Translations under genes and position numbers: made by a program
Source: Geobacter sulfurreducens PCA
Lineage (GTDB): Bacteria; Desulfobacterota; Desulfuromonadia; Geobacterales; Geobacteraceae
Direction of reading: 5' to 3'
Assembly: GCF_000007985.2 (NCBI RefSeq)
Contig: NC_002939.5
Coordinates: 1,860,001 to 1,892,000, forward strand
DNA length: 32,000 bases
Notes under the pieces: generated by a model
Databases searched by the model: none
Told to the model about the DNA's origin: nothing
Seen by the model: only the letters and a program-made list of their open reading frames with translations
In this document: piece after piece, positions 10,584 to 18,669 of the stretch
Layout: the number at the start of each line of letters is the position of its first letter
Position numbering within the stretch: the first letter of the stretch is position 1

Positions 10584-12254
10584 ATGAAGCGAACCATGCC
10601 GAAAAATCGTGACGCAGCTCGTGCCAGCCTTGAGAACCTCTACCGGATCTTCACCGTGCCTGAAGCACCCGACTCGACCCTCGGCGCTATCGATCAGGCG
10701 ATTTCCGGCGATGTTACCGGTTTCCTGCAGACCCATATCGTCGCCATCGAGCGTGATCTGGAAGATATCGAAGCAAATTTCTCTTCCTTCTCCATTCCGG
10801 AAGAACCGACCTACGTTTCCGAATACACCGAATTCGTCAAAGAGAACCTCGTCGCCCACTCGGTCCATACCGCTTCGCCGGCGTTCGTCGGTCACATGAC
10901 CTCGGCGCTCCCGTACTTCATGCTGCCGCTGGCGCGTCTCATGACCGCCCTCAACCAGAACGTGGTCAAGGTGGAGACATCCAAGGCCTTTACACCGATG
11001 GAACGGCAGGTCCTTGCCATGCTTCACCACTTGGTCTATCGCCGCGACGAGGACTTCTACCCATCATGGATTCATAACAGCCGGCATGCTCTGGGGGCCT
11101 TTTGTTCCGGCGGTACCATCGCCAATATTACGGCCCTGTGGGTGGCACGCAACCGCCTGTTTGCCCCGAACGGAGCATTTCGCGGCATTGCCCAGGAGGG
11201 GCTGGCCCGTGCGCTTAAGCATCGCGGCGCGGACGGCATTGCCGTGCTCGTCTCCGAACGGGGGCACTACTCCCTGGGAAAGGCGACCGACCTGCTCGGC
11301 ATTGGCCGGGACGATCTGGTCAAGGTGAAAACCGACGCGAACAACCGCATTGACCTCAAGGCACTGAGAGAAGAGTGCCGGCGCTTCCAGGACCGGAACA
11401 CGCTCCCGCTGGCACTGGTCGGCATCGCCGGAACCACCGAAACCGGCAACGTGGACCCTCTGGAGGCGATGGCCGATCTTGCTCAGGAACTTGGCTGCCA
11501 TTTCCATGTGGATGCCGCGTGGGGTGGACCGACCCTCTTTTCGGATCGCCACCGCTCTCTGCTTAAGGGTATCGAGCGAGCCGACTCGGTCACCATTGAC
11601 GGGCATAAGCAGCTCTATGTGCCGATGGGGGCGGGAATGGTCGTCTTCAAGGATCCCACCGCCCTGTCGGCCATCGAGCATCACGCCAACTATATCCTGC
11701 GCCACGGTTCCAAGGACCTGGGCAGCCATACCCTGGAGGGATCACGGCCGGGGAAGGCGATGTTGGTACATGCCGGTTTCTCGATCATTGGACGCAAAGG
11801 GTACGAACTGCTGATCGACATGGGGATCGAACGTGCTCGCACCTTTGCCGACATGATCAAGCAGCATCCCGATTTCGAACTGATCAGCGAACCGGAACTG
11901 AATATCCTTACTTATCGCTACTGCCCGGCCGCCGTTCAGCAGACCTTGCACGACGTGACGGACCGGGAACGCGCCGATATCAATGCACTCCTCGATCTGG
12001 TCTGCCAGTTGCTGCAGAAATTCCAGCGCGAAGCCGGGAAAACATTTGTCTCCCGGACACGGCTGCATGTGGCGCGCCATGATCGGGAACTCACCGTGCT
12101 GCGCGTCGTCCTGGCCAACCCGCTGACAACTGACGAGATTCTGGAGTCCGTACTGGCGGAGCAGTGTGAACTCGTGCAACTGCCGGAGATTCAGGCAGTG
12201 CTGCAGCAGGTGGAAGAGCTCTGTACCGGCTTGGCAAAAGCAGCTTCATGGTAG
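10584..12254 (+). CDS. PLP-dependent group II amino-acid decarboxylase (candidate aspartate 1-decarboxylase supplying beta-alanine)
   Basis: 556 aa with the group II decarboxylase PLP-lysine context SVTIDGHKQLYVPMGAGMVVF and the GGTIANITAL motif. It lies immediately downstream of panBC in the same orientation. Substrate assignment is inference from context. Confidence 0.85.
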   Translation: MKRTMPKNRDAARASLENLYRIFTVPEAPDSTLGAIDQAISGDVTGFLQTHIVAIERDLEDIEANFSSFSIPEEPTYVSEYTEFVKENLVAHSVHTASPAFVGHMTSALPYFMLPLARLMTALNQNVVKVETSKAFTPMERQVLAMLHHLVYRRDEDFYPSWIHNSRHALGAFCSGGTIANITALWVARNRLFAPNGAFRGIAQEGLARALKHRGADGIAVLVSERGHYSLGKATDLLGIGRDDLVKVKTDANNRIDLKALREECRRFQDRNTLPLALVGIAGTTETGNVDPLEAMADLAQELGCHFHVDAAWGGPTLFSDRHRSLLKGIERADSVTIDGHKQLYVPMGAGMVVFKDPTALSAIEHHANYILRHGSKDLGSHTLEGSRPGKAMLVHAGFSIIGRKGYELLIDMGIERARTFADMIKQHPDFELISEPELNILTYRYCPAAVQQTLHDVTDRERADINALLDLVCQLLQKFQREAGKTFVSRTRLHVARHDRELTVLRVVLANPLTTDEILESVLAEQCELVQLPEIQAVLQQVEELCTGLAKAASW

Positions 12255-12314
12255 AAGCATGACGTTCTGTTTGTGCTAACGAGCGGGATGATTGACTAAG
12301 CGAGGATCAGTACG

Positions 12315-13577
12315 ATGGAGCTCTACGCCGCCTCATACCTTGTTCCCATTTCATCGCCCCCTGTCGCCGGCGGCGCACTAGCCGTCGACAATGGCCGGAT
12401 AGTCGATACGGGTACGTTTGCCGAGCTTCGTGCCCGGTACGGCTGTCCCGTTCACGACTTTCCGGGCTGCACCATTCTTCCCGGCCTCGTCAACGCCCAC
12501 ACGCACCTGGAGCTTACCCATTTCCCGTCATGGAAAATCCGCAAGGGAATCGATTACTCACCCCGGACGTACGTTGATTGGATCATCCAGGTAATAAAGA
12601 TCCGCCGGGCCCTGACGCGGCAGGAACAGGAACTTTCCGTACGGGAAGGGCTGCGCATCTGCCTTGAAGCGGGGACCACGTCCATCGGCGAAATTCTCAC
12701 CGACCGGTCGCTCCTCCCTCTGTATGCCGATTCCGGCCTGGGGGGGCGGCTTTTTCTCGAGGCCATAGGCCACGACCCGGTCCGCAGCGCCGAGCTCATC
12801 TCGGAGCTTGGTGCCGCCGTAGCTTCTTTCCCTGCTGGAGACTTACTGCCGGGCCTCTCGCCCCATGCCCCCCACACTGTTTCTGAGCAGCTCCATCAGA
12901 ATGTTCGCCGGCTGGCGGAAGAGTACAACGTGCCGCGAATCATCCATCTGGCCGAATCCCGGGAAGAGAGTGATTTCTTCTTCGATTCGACCGGAAAAAT
13001 TGCTGAGCTTCTCTATTCCCACGTCAGGTGGGAGTCGTACCTTCCCGCCCCGAGACGTGCTACCGCAACCGCCTGGCTTGACGGACTCGGCGTCCTCAAC
13101 GGTGCCATCTCGGCGGTCCACTGCGTTCATCTTACGCCGTCGGATGCCGAAACCCTGGCCAAACGCGGAGTCGGCATTGTGCTTTGCCCCCGGAGCAACG
13201 AAAAGCTTGCTGTGGGGCGCGCACCTGTCGCCTATTTGAAGAAACTTGGTATTCCCCTTGCCTTGGGCACCGACTCGCTGGCCAGCAACGATTCCCTCTC
13301 ACTCTGGGATGAAATGCGTTACCTCCTCGATCTCTTCCCGGGCGTCTTCACCCCGTCAGAGGCCCTTGCCATGGCAACCATCGGTTCGGCACGACAGCTC
13401 GCTCTCGCCGATCGGGTAGGGTCCATCGAGAAGGGCAAACGCGCCGATCTGCTTGTCATGAAACTACCTGGTCCGCAGAGCACCGGCGAAGGACTCCACG
13501 AAGCCGTTATCGGCAGCGGAGAACTTCTCCATGTGATTCTGTCCGGCAGGTTCACCGACCGGACAGAACCCCGCTAA
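12315..13577 (+). CDS. Metal-dependent amidohydrolase (chlorohydrolase/deaminase-like, MtaD/SsnA-type)
   Basis: 420 aa with the HxH metal motif in LPGLVNAHTHLELT and later H/D ligand contexts (IIHLAES, AVHCVHL, LGTDS). The substrate cannot be read from the sequence. Confidence 0.8.
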   Translation: MELYAASYLVPISSPPVAGGALAVDNGRIVDTGTFAELRARYGCPVHDFPGCTILPGLVNAHTHLELTHFPSWKIRKGIDYSPRTYVDWIIQVIKIRRALTRQEQELSVREGLRICLEAGTTSIGEILTDRSLLPLYADSGLGGRLFLEAIGHDPVRSAELISELGAAVASFPAGDLLPGLSPHAPHTVSEQLHQNVRRLAEEYNVPRIIHLAESREESDFFFDSTGKIAELLYSHVRWESYLPAPRRATATAWLDGLGVLNGAISAVHCVHLTPSDAETLAKRGVGIVLCPRSNEKLAVGRAPVAYLKKLGIPLALGTDSLASNDSLSLWDEMRYLLDLFPGVFTPSEALAMATIGSARQLALADRVGSIEKGKRADLLVMKLPGPQSTGEGLHEAVIGSGELLHVILSGRFTDRTEPR

Positions 13578-13655
13578 TTCCCCCTCAAATAGCGGACAAC
13601 CATAGTCTTTTTTACTCCTTGCAATGATTTCACCATATCTGTTAGTATCATTTGC

Positions 13656-14117
13656 ATGGGAGAAAAGCTGATCTGCAACAACAAGAAAGCGTTTCACGAT
13701 TTCTTCATAGAAGAGCGTTTTGAAGCGGGAATGGTGCTGAAGGGGACCGAGGTGAAATCCCTTCGCGACGGCAAGGCAAACCTCAATGATTCCTTTGCCT
13801 TGATCCGTAACGGTGAAATCTTTCTGCACAATCTCCACATCAATCCCTACGCGTTCGGCAACCGGGAGAACCACGATCCTGACAGGCTGCGCAAGCTCCT
13901 GATGCATAAGAAAGAGATCGAAAAGCTCTTCGGCAAGATCCGCGAAAAGGGATACTCGGTTGTGCCGTTGCGCCTCTACTTCAAGAATGGCCTCGCCAAG
14001 GTCGAGTTGGGACTTGCCAAGGGCAAGAAGCTCTACGACAAGCGGGAAGACATGAAGAAGAAAGACCAGTCGAGGGAGATGGCCCAGGCCCTCAGAGAAA
14101 AGAGCAAGAGTCACTGA
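13656..14117 (+). CDS. smpB: SsrA-binding protein
   Basis: 153 aa, typical SmpB ([27 protein letters not shown]...LHNLHINPY...[10 protein letters not shown]), located directly upstream of tmRNA. Confidence 0.95.
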   Translation: MGEKLICNNKKAFHDFFIEERFEAGMVLKGTEVKSLRDGKANLNDSFALIRNGEIFLHNLHINPYAFGNRENHDPDRLRKLLMHKKEIEKLFGKIREKGYSVVPLRLYFKNGLAKVELGLAKGKKLYDKREDMKKKDQSREMAQALREKSKSH

Positions 14118-14130
14118 ACAGAGTTTACAA

Positions 14131-14489
<359 letters not shown>

Positions 14490-14537
14490 ACCTGAAATCA
14501 TTAAGGTTTTGGGACGAAAACCCAAGGTGCTGCTCGG

Positions 14538-14559
14538 GTGTAACGCATTACTGTTACAC
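14538..14559. promoter_or_regulatory. GTGTAAC-N8-GTTACAC inverted repeat just inside attL (candidate integrase arm-type or operator site)
   Basis: Perfect 7-bp inverted repeat at 14538-14544 / 14553-14559, 12 nt upstream of the integrase start. The same GTTACACAA motif recurs twice near attR (19677, 19690). Confidence 0.4.
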
Positions 14560-14570
14560 AAGGGGGTTCC

Positions 14571-16241
14571 ATGGGTTTTCCTTTTTTGGTAAGAAGAGGG
14601 GCAAGGTTCTATTTCAGGGTTCGGATACCTGTTGACCTTAGAGAGCCTTTCGGAAGGCTAGAGGTATGGCGGTCTCTCAAGACGGCAGACCATAAGAAGG
14701 CCCGGACCTTGGGGAAACTTGAGGCAGCCAAAGCCGAAATCACCTTCGAGAAGATGAGGAACAGAGAGTTGACCAGAGACCAGCTAAGAAAGATTGCTGA
14801 AGAGTACCTTCATTCAACCTTGGAATACTGCGAAGGGCACAGGGAAGGGGGCTTTCTCCCAAGGACACATGATGAGAAAGAGGGCAAGCTACTTGCGTAT
14901 GGTGATCTAGCTGATCGTTACAAGGGGGCGCTGTCTGACTTGGACGTTCAAGAGACAAGGGCCAGAGGGCTGAAGAGGGCCGGGGAGCTGGTGGATTCTG
15001 TCCTGAAGGAAAGAGGGCTTACGCTGCCGAAGGATTCAGAGGAATACGCAATCCTTGCACGGGAACTGCTCAAGAGGGCGCTAGAGGTGTGCACCGTTGA
15101 AGCGTCTCGGATTATGGGGGACTACTCTAATGATTACGACAGAAGCCGCCTGTATCGGCAACAAGAGGCCGCGGAAGAGAAACAGGCGGGGTTGCTACTC
15201 TCCGAGGTGATTCAGGCGTATGTAAAGGACCATCTCACCTGTAAGAAGTGGACACCAAAGACGGAACAGGAGAACACAAGTATCCTTGCTGTATTCCTTG
15301 AGCTGATAGGGGACCGTGATATTACAACCATCACCCATCAAGACCTCATGAGCTTCAGGGATACACTGGTGAAGCTGCCAGCTAATCCGAAGAAGGGGAG
15401 GGCAAAGGAAGGGAAGCCCCTGAAAGAAGTCCTAGAAATGGGCCTTCCCCCGATGAGTCTAACCACCGTGAGAAAGTACCTTATACGGATTGCTTCTTTC
15501 TTCAAGTGGGCGAAGCTACACAAGTACGTCACCACCAATGAAGCTGAGGGGTTGACCATAAAGGAAAAGAAGAAGGTGAAGGCTTCAGCAGCACGAGACA
15601 CCTACGATAGTGAGGATATTCAACGGCTATTCCGTGCCCTTGAGTACGCCCCAAATAAACCTGAACGCTTTTGGATACCGTTGATCTCCCTCTATTCAGG
15701 GGCACGGCTGAATGAGATATGCCAGTTACACCTTGAGGACGTGCAAGATATTGATGGCGTCCCTTGCTTCCGTATTGAGGAGGAGGGGTCAAAGAAGGTA
15801 AAAACCGTGGCTGGCAAAAGGGTTGTCCCCGTTCACCCCGTATTGATTGAACTTGGTTTCATGCGATATGTGCAAATGCTCCGCGAGAAGGGAGCGAAGC
15901 GCCTATGGGAAAACCTGAAGTTGAAGCGTGACGGCTACGGTCAAGACTTCGGGAAGTGGTATCAGCGGTTCAACCGTAGGTATATCACATCCCACAAGAA
16001 GAAGGTGTTTCACTCCTTCAGGCACACCGTAGCCACGGCTATGAAGCAATCAGGGGTTCTTGAAACTGTAGCGGCTGAAGTCTTAGGGCATGAAAACTCA
16101 AACATGACATACAGCCTATATGGAAAGGGCTATTACCCGAGACCGTTACTTGAGGCACTCTTGAAGCTGGACTATGGGGTTGACATTGGGGAACTGAGGG
16201 AGAAGGCTAACACGGGGCTGAATTACCGCCCAAGGAAGTGA
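14571..16241 (+). CDS. Tyrosine-type site-specific recombinase (phage integrase family) with a long N-terminal extension
   Basis: 556 aa with C-terminal catalytic motifs ARLNEICQL (Arg), HSFRHTVAT (His-x-x-Arg) and LGHENSNMTYSLYGKG (His...Tyr). It is adjacent to the ssrA attachment site. Confidence 0.9.
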   Translation: MGFPFLVRRGARFYFRVRIPVDLREPFGRLEVWRSLKTADHKKARTLGKLEAAKAEITFEKMRNRELTRDQLRKIAEEYLHSTLEYCEGHREGGFLPRTHDEKEGKLLAYGDLADRYKGALSDLDVQETRARGLKRAGELVDSVLKERGLTLPKDSEEYAILARELLKRALEVCTVEASRIMGDYSNDYDRSRLYRQQEAAEEKQAGLLLSEVIQAYVKDHLTCKKWTPKTEQENTSILAVFLELIGDRDITTITHQDLMSFRDTLVKLPANPKKGRAKEGKPLKEVLEMGLPPMSLTTVRKYLIRIASFFKWAKLHKYVTTNEAEGLTIKEKKKVKASAARDTYDSEDIQRLFRALEYAPNKPERFWIPLISLYSGARLNEICQLHLEDVQDIDGVPCFRIEEEGSKKVKTVAGKRVVPVHPVLIELGFMRYVQMLREKGAKRLWENLKLKRDGYGQDFGKWYQRFNRRYITSHKKKVFHSFRHTVATAMKQSGVLETVAAEVLGHENSNMTYSLYGKGYYPRPLLEALLKLDYGVDIGELREKANTGLNYRPRK

Positions 16242-16321
16242 AAAAAACAGATAGGAACACAGGGGAGACTATTGTTAACCATAAGGGATACATAGGTTGA
16301 CCATTGAGAAAATATAGATAT

Positions 16322-16337
16322 TGGCACTATAGTTGCA
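16322..16337 (+). promoter_or_regulatory. Sigma-54 (RpoN) -24/-12 promoter element
   Basis: TGGCAC-TATAG-TTGCA matches the TGGCAC-N5-TTGCW consensus at every specified base with correct GG-to-GC spacing. It points into an ORF-free repeat region. Confidence 0.45.
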
Positions 16338-16370
16338 ATAATGCCCCCCCCTATAGTAGATACCTTATGT

Positions 16371-16600
16371 TTTACACCAGAGTCTTTCACCAGTGTAAGG
16401 GTTTTACCGGCTACGCCGTAGTAGGTAATAACTCTACAGTAGTCCCTTAGAGTAGAACTGTAGCGGCTACTAGAGTATTACACCAGAGTTTACACCAGTG
16501 TTACCCTAGAGTATGGGAATTTACAGGGGTAAGGAGTAGTAAGAGTATCCCTTAAGTCTCTGATTATCCCCAGAGTTTCACCCTTAAGTATCTGATTTAG
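16371..16600. repeat. Degenerate ~100-bp tandem repeat / iteron-like array in an ORF-free spacer
   Basis: CACCAG(A/T)GT occurs four times (16375, 16388, 16481, 16493) as two 26-nt blocks 106 nt apart, with a third partial block at 16568. The 18-mer CCCTTAAGT(C/A)TCTGATT(A/T) is at 16549 and 16581. AGAGTA occurs four times. The inverted repeat CTACAGT (16434) / ACTGTAG (16457) is also present. Confidence 0.5.
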
Positions 16601-16905
16601 ACCGATAGAAAATTGGATTTTATAGAACATAGTACTCCATTTCTAAAACATACACCAATCACAGGCGGTATTCTCTTCTTAAAGTGGTGAGATGAAAAAT
16701 TTCTATGTGATTACCTACACTTAAGCGTAAACATCTGATAGGTTCCTTCTATAAGTGGGCACATGAAAATACTCCTGATTACTGGTACTTACCGGGTACC
16801 CATGCCATAAGGAAACATAAGGGAGAATCTCCAGGCCGCTTGTCCGACAATGTGAGGGCAACACACGGGCCAGGGTTAAAGAATCTCCCTCTTTACGTTC
16901 TCCAG

Positions 16906-17478
16906 TCAACAGGCATTGCCAACCGAACCCTTGTGCTCCTGAATGATCCGGTAAACCGATGCTACCCCGATCCCAAGTTCATCCGCTACGGTCTGCTTTC
17001 CCTTGCCTTGTGCAATGAGGCTCAACACTTCCCCCGCCTTTGCCTTCGCCGTGGCCTTCCGCCCTGTGTAGCGTCCCTCTGCCTTCGCCGTGGCGATCCC
17101 TTCCCGTTGCCTCTCAAGCATCATCTCCCGTTCAAACGTGGCGATTGCCCCCAACATTGTCAACATGAGCTTGCCTGTGGGCGTTGTGGTATCAAGGTTC
17201 AGGTTCAACACCCGAAAGGCTACGCCCTTCCTCTCTAGCGTCTCGGTTATCTCAAGAAGGTGTGCCGTACTCCTGGCGATCCTGTCCAGCTTGCAGACCA
17301 CCACAACGTCACCCTCACGCACGTAATCCAACATCGCCACCAGTTCAGGTCGATCACGCTTCACACCTGACACCTTTTCCCGGTAGAGACGATCACAACC
17401 GGCCTCAGTTAGTTGCTTCACCTGTGCTGTCAGGTCTTGATCCTCAGTGCTCACCCTTGCATAACCTATCATTGCCAT
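16906..17478 (-). CDS. Serine recombinase (resolvase/invertase family, Hin/Gin-like size)
   Basis: The N-terminal catalytic motif MIGYARVSTEDQDL, the context ...VVCKLDRIARS..., and a C-terminal HTH (TVADELGIGVASVYRII) are present. I prefer ATG 17478, 8 nt after the RBS GGAGG, over the ORF-track GTG 17487. Confidence 0.9.
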   Translation of the reverse strand: MAMIGYARVSTEDQDLTAQVKQLTEAGCDRLYREKVSGVKRDRPELVAMLDYVREGDVVVVCKLDRIARSTAHLLEITETLERKGVAFRVLNLNLDTTTPTGKLMLTMLGAIATFEREMMLERQREGIATAKAEGRYTGRKATAKAKAGEVLSLIAQGKGKQTVADELGIGVASVYRIIQEHKGSVGNAC

Positions 17479-17490
17479 GGCCCACACCTC

Positions 17491-17585
17491 CTATCAATAG
17501 AGTTAAAGATGTTTCGATAATATTCTATCAAAAACCCAATGTCAACCCTTATGATAGACTATTTCAACCATACCCATACCTATCA
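17491..17585. promoter_or_regulatory. Cluster of CTATCA/TGATAG motifs upstream of the serine recombinase (candidate res/hix-like or operator sites)
   Basis: CTATCA is at 17491, 17525 and 17580 (plus 17466 inside the gene start), and TGATAG at 17552. A 7-bp inverted repeat TCTATCA (17524-17530) / TGATAGA (17552-17558) is present. TATCAAAAACC (17526-17536) equals 11/12 of the Hin hix half-site TTATCAAAAACC as I recall it. Confidence 0.35.
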
Positions 17586-17817
17586 CAAGGGCATGCCCTA
17601 TTGAGAGGCAGGTCAGCAGGCGAGTAAAGTCACTGCCATGTCACCCAGCCACCACAGAGAAGGACAACGGGGTGAAACGAAAGGTACCGCCGAAGAGTCC
17701 TCGCAGTAGCACCATAAGGCACCCCACGGGGGGTAATTCACCAATCCGCGAATCACATATGGCCTTTCACAATTTTGTGGTATTTTGGGCCGAAAACTTC
17801 ACGTAGAGGAGGCCCCA

Positions 17818-18069
17818 ATGTCCGCCCTAAGACTCGCCCTTCTGTTCCTCCTGCTGGCTACTCCAGCCCTTGCGAAAGACTTGAACGGAGAGGTTGAGGA
17901 ACTCAAGCTACAAGTGAGCACTCTTGAGTACACCATAAATAGTCAACGCTCCACGATCAACCGCCTAAAGGAACTCCAGGAGGAACACGAGGCCCTCTTA
18001 AAGAAACTTGTTATCCAGTATTGGGAGCTTAAAGAACAGGTCGAAAAACAGAAGAAAGCGACAAGATAG
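17818..18069 (+). CDS. Small secreted coiled-coil protein (hypothetical)
   Basis: ATG 17818 lies 6 nt after the RBS AGAGGAGG. A signal-peptide-like N-terminus (MSALRLALLFLLLATPALA/KD) is followed by a heptad-rich, charged helix. No family was recognised. Confidence 0.55.
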   Translation: MSALRLALLFLLLATPALAKDLNGEVEELKLQVSTLEYTINSQRSTINRLKELQEEHEALLKKLVIQYWELKEQVEKQKKATR

Positions 18070-18077
18070 AGACGGAT

Positions 18078-18294
18078 GTGACCGCCTCTTCCAGTTTGCT
18101 TGCCCTTTTCGGTGAGCAAATAGGCCACCTTTAGGGGTTTATCGGGAAAACCCGGAAAACCTCATAGTCAAGACGGTTGTGGCCGCCATGCTTCGTTTGC
18201 TTCACATTTTCGTGAAATGAACAATAGTCCACCGTTGGGCGACCACCTTTGGGGTTTCTCCCTTTTTCGGTGAAAACCCTCATAGTCCACCCCA
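18078..18294. repeat. Two tandem ~101-nt hairpin-repeat units (18078-18178 and 18179-18294)
   Basis: Both units start GTG(A/G)CCGCC. Each contains a hairpin with an (A/C)TTTTC loop, a TAG(T/G)CCACC 9-mer, TTT(A/G)GGGG plus a second hairpin, and CATAGTC. The second unit carries a 14-nt internal duplication (18234-18247). Confidence 0.6.
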
Positions 18295-18541
18295 TCACGC
18301 AAATCTGCTTGGCGGCGTCTAAAGAGATGAGGTATTCGATGGTCTTTTGAGGACGCGCTTTTGTGCTCCCCGATTTCGGGGAGCTCAAACCTTGAGCGGT
18401 GATATAGTCCACCCCATCGACCAACATAGCCTTAACGATCTGTTCCTTAATCCAAGAGGAGAAGTCTTTGCGCACCCCAAGGGCCTTATGTAGCTCCCTT
18501 GCGTCTACTGCGTTGACTGTCCCGGCACTGAGTACTTTCAC
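18131..18541 (-). CDS. AntA/KilAC-type phage antirepressor-like protein; 3' third is built from repeat units, so it may be chimeric or decayed
   Basis: GTG start. Residues 1-90 resemble AntA-type antirepressor domains (VDARELHKALGVRKDFSSWIKEQI...GVDYI...IEYLISLDAAKQICVM). The last ~45 codons are the translation of the hairpin repeats and lose family resemblance. Confidence 0.55.
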   Translation of the reverse strand: MKVLSAGTVNAVDARELHKALGVRKDFSSWIKEQIVKAMLVDGVDYITAQGLSSPKSGSTKARPQKTIEYLISLDAAKQICVMGWTMRVFTEKGRNPKGGRPTVDYCSFHENVKQTKHGGHNRLDYEVFRVFPINP

Positions 18542-18636
18542 CTCTCAGGCTTCCGTATTTGGCTTCTGAGCGGTTTTCATTGGCTAACCCTAGTCATCCT
18601 ATTACCAAATAAGGCGGCTTATTTTAGGCGTCTCTA

Positions 18637-18669
18637 CTGCTTGGCGCGTCTAAAGAGATGAGGTATTCG
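18637..18669. repeat. Near-identical copy of an AntA coding fragment (partner at 18305-18338)
   Basis: CTGCTTGGCGCGTCTAAAGAGATGAGGTATTCG differs from 18305-18338 only by a 1-nt indel (GGCGGCG vs GGCGCG). The partner encodes IEYLISLDAAKQ, while this copy is outside any ORF. Confidence 0.7.

Noticed and set aside
14501-14512. 12-mer TTAAGGTTTTGG shared with 19199-19210 as a second pair of island repeats
   Set aside because: A single shared 12-mer within about 5 kb is close to chance expectation. It is mentioned only as the best, and weak, candidate partner for the hix-like half-site.
14503-14526. Hairpin TTTTGGG/CCCAAGG right after the ssrA CCA end as the tmRNA terminator
   Set aside because: The stem is short, contains G-U pairs, and has no following T run. 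The convincing ssrA-type terminator is the displaced one at 19833-19861.
16721-16909. 62-aa minus-strand ORF overlapping the recombinase stop
   Set aside because: It has a TTG start with no RBS, no recognisable motif, and lies in the low-complexity AT-rich spacer. It is probably not coding.
16840-17238. 132-aa plus-strand ORF
   Set aside because: It is antisense to the well-supported serine recombinase gene.
17590-17760. ORF-free, normal-GC spacer with a long-range GGTGAA/TTCACC pairing as a possible small RNA
   Set aside because: There is only one short closing helix and no repeated or covarying copy to support a structure. The evidence is insufficient without expression data.
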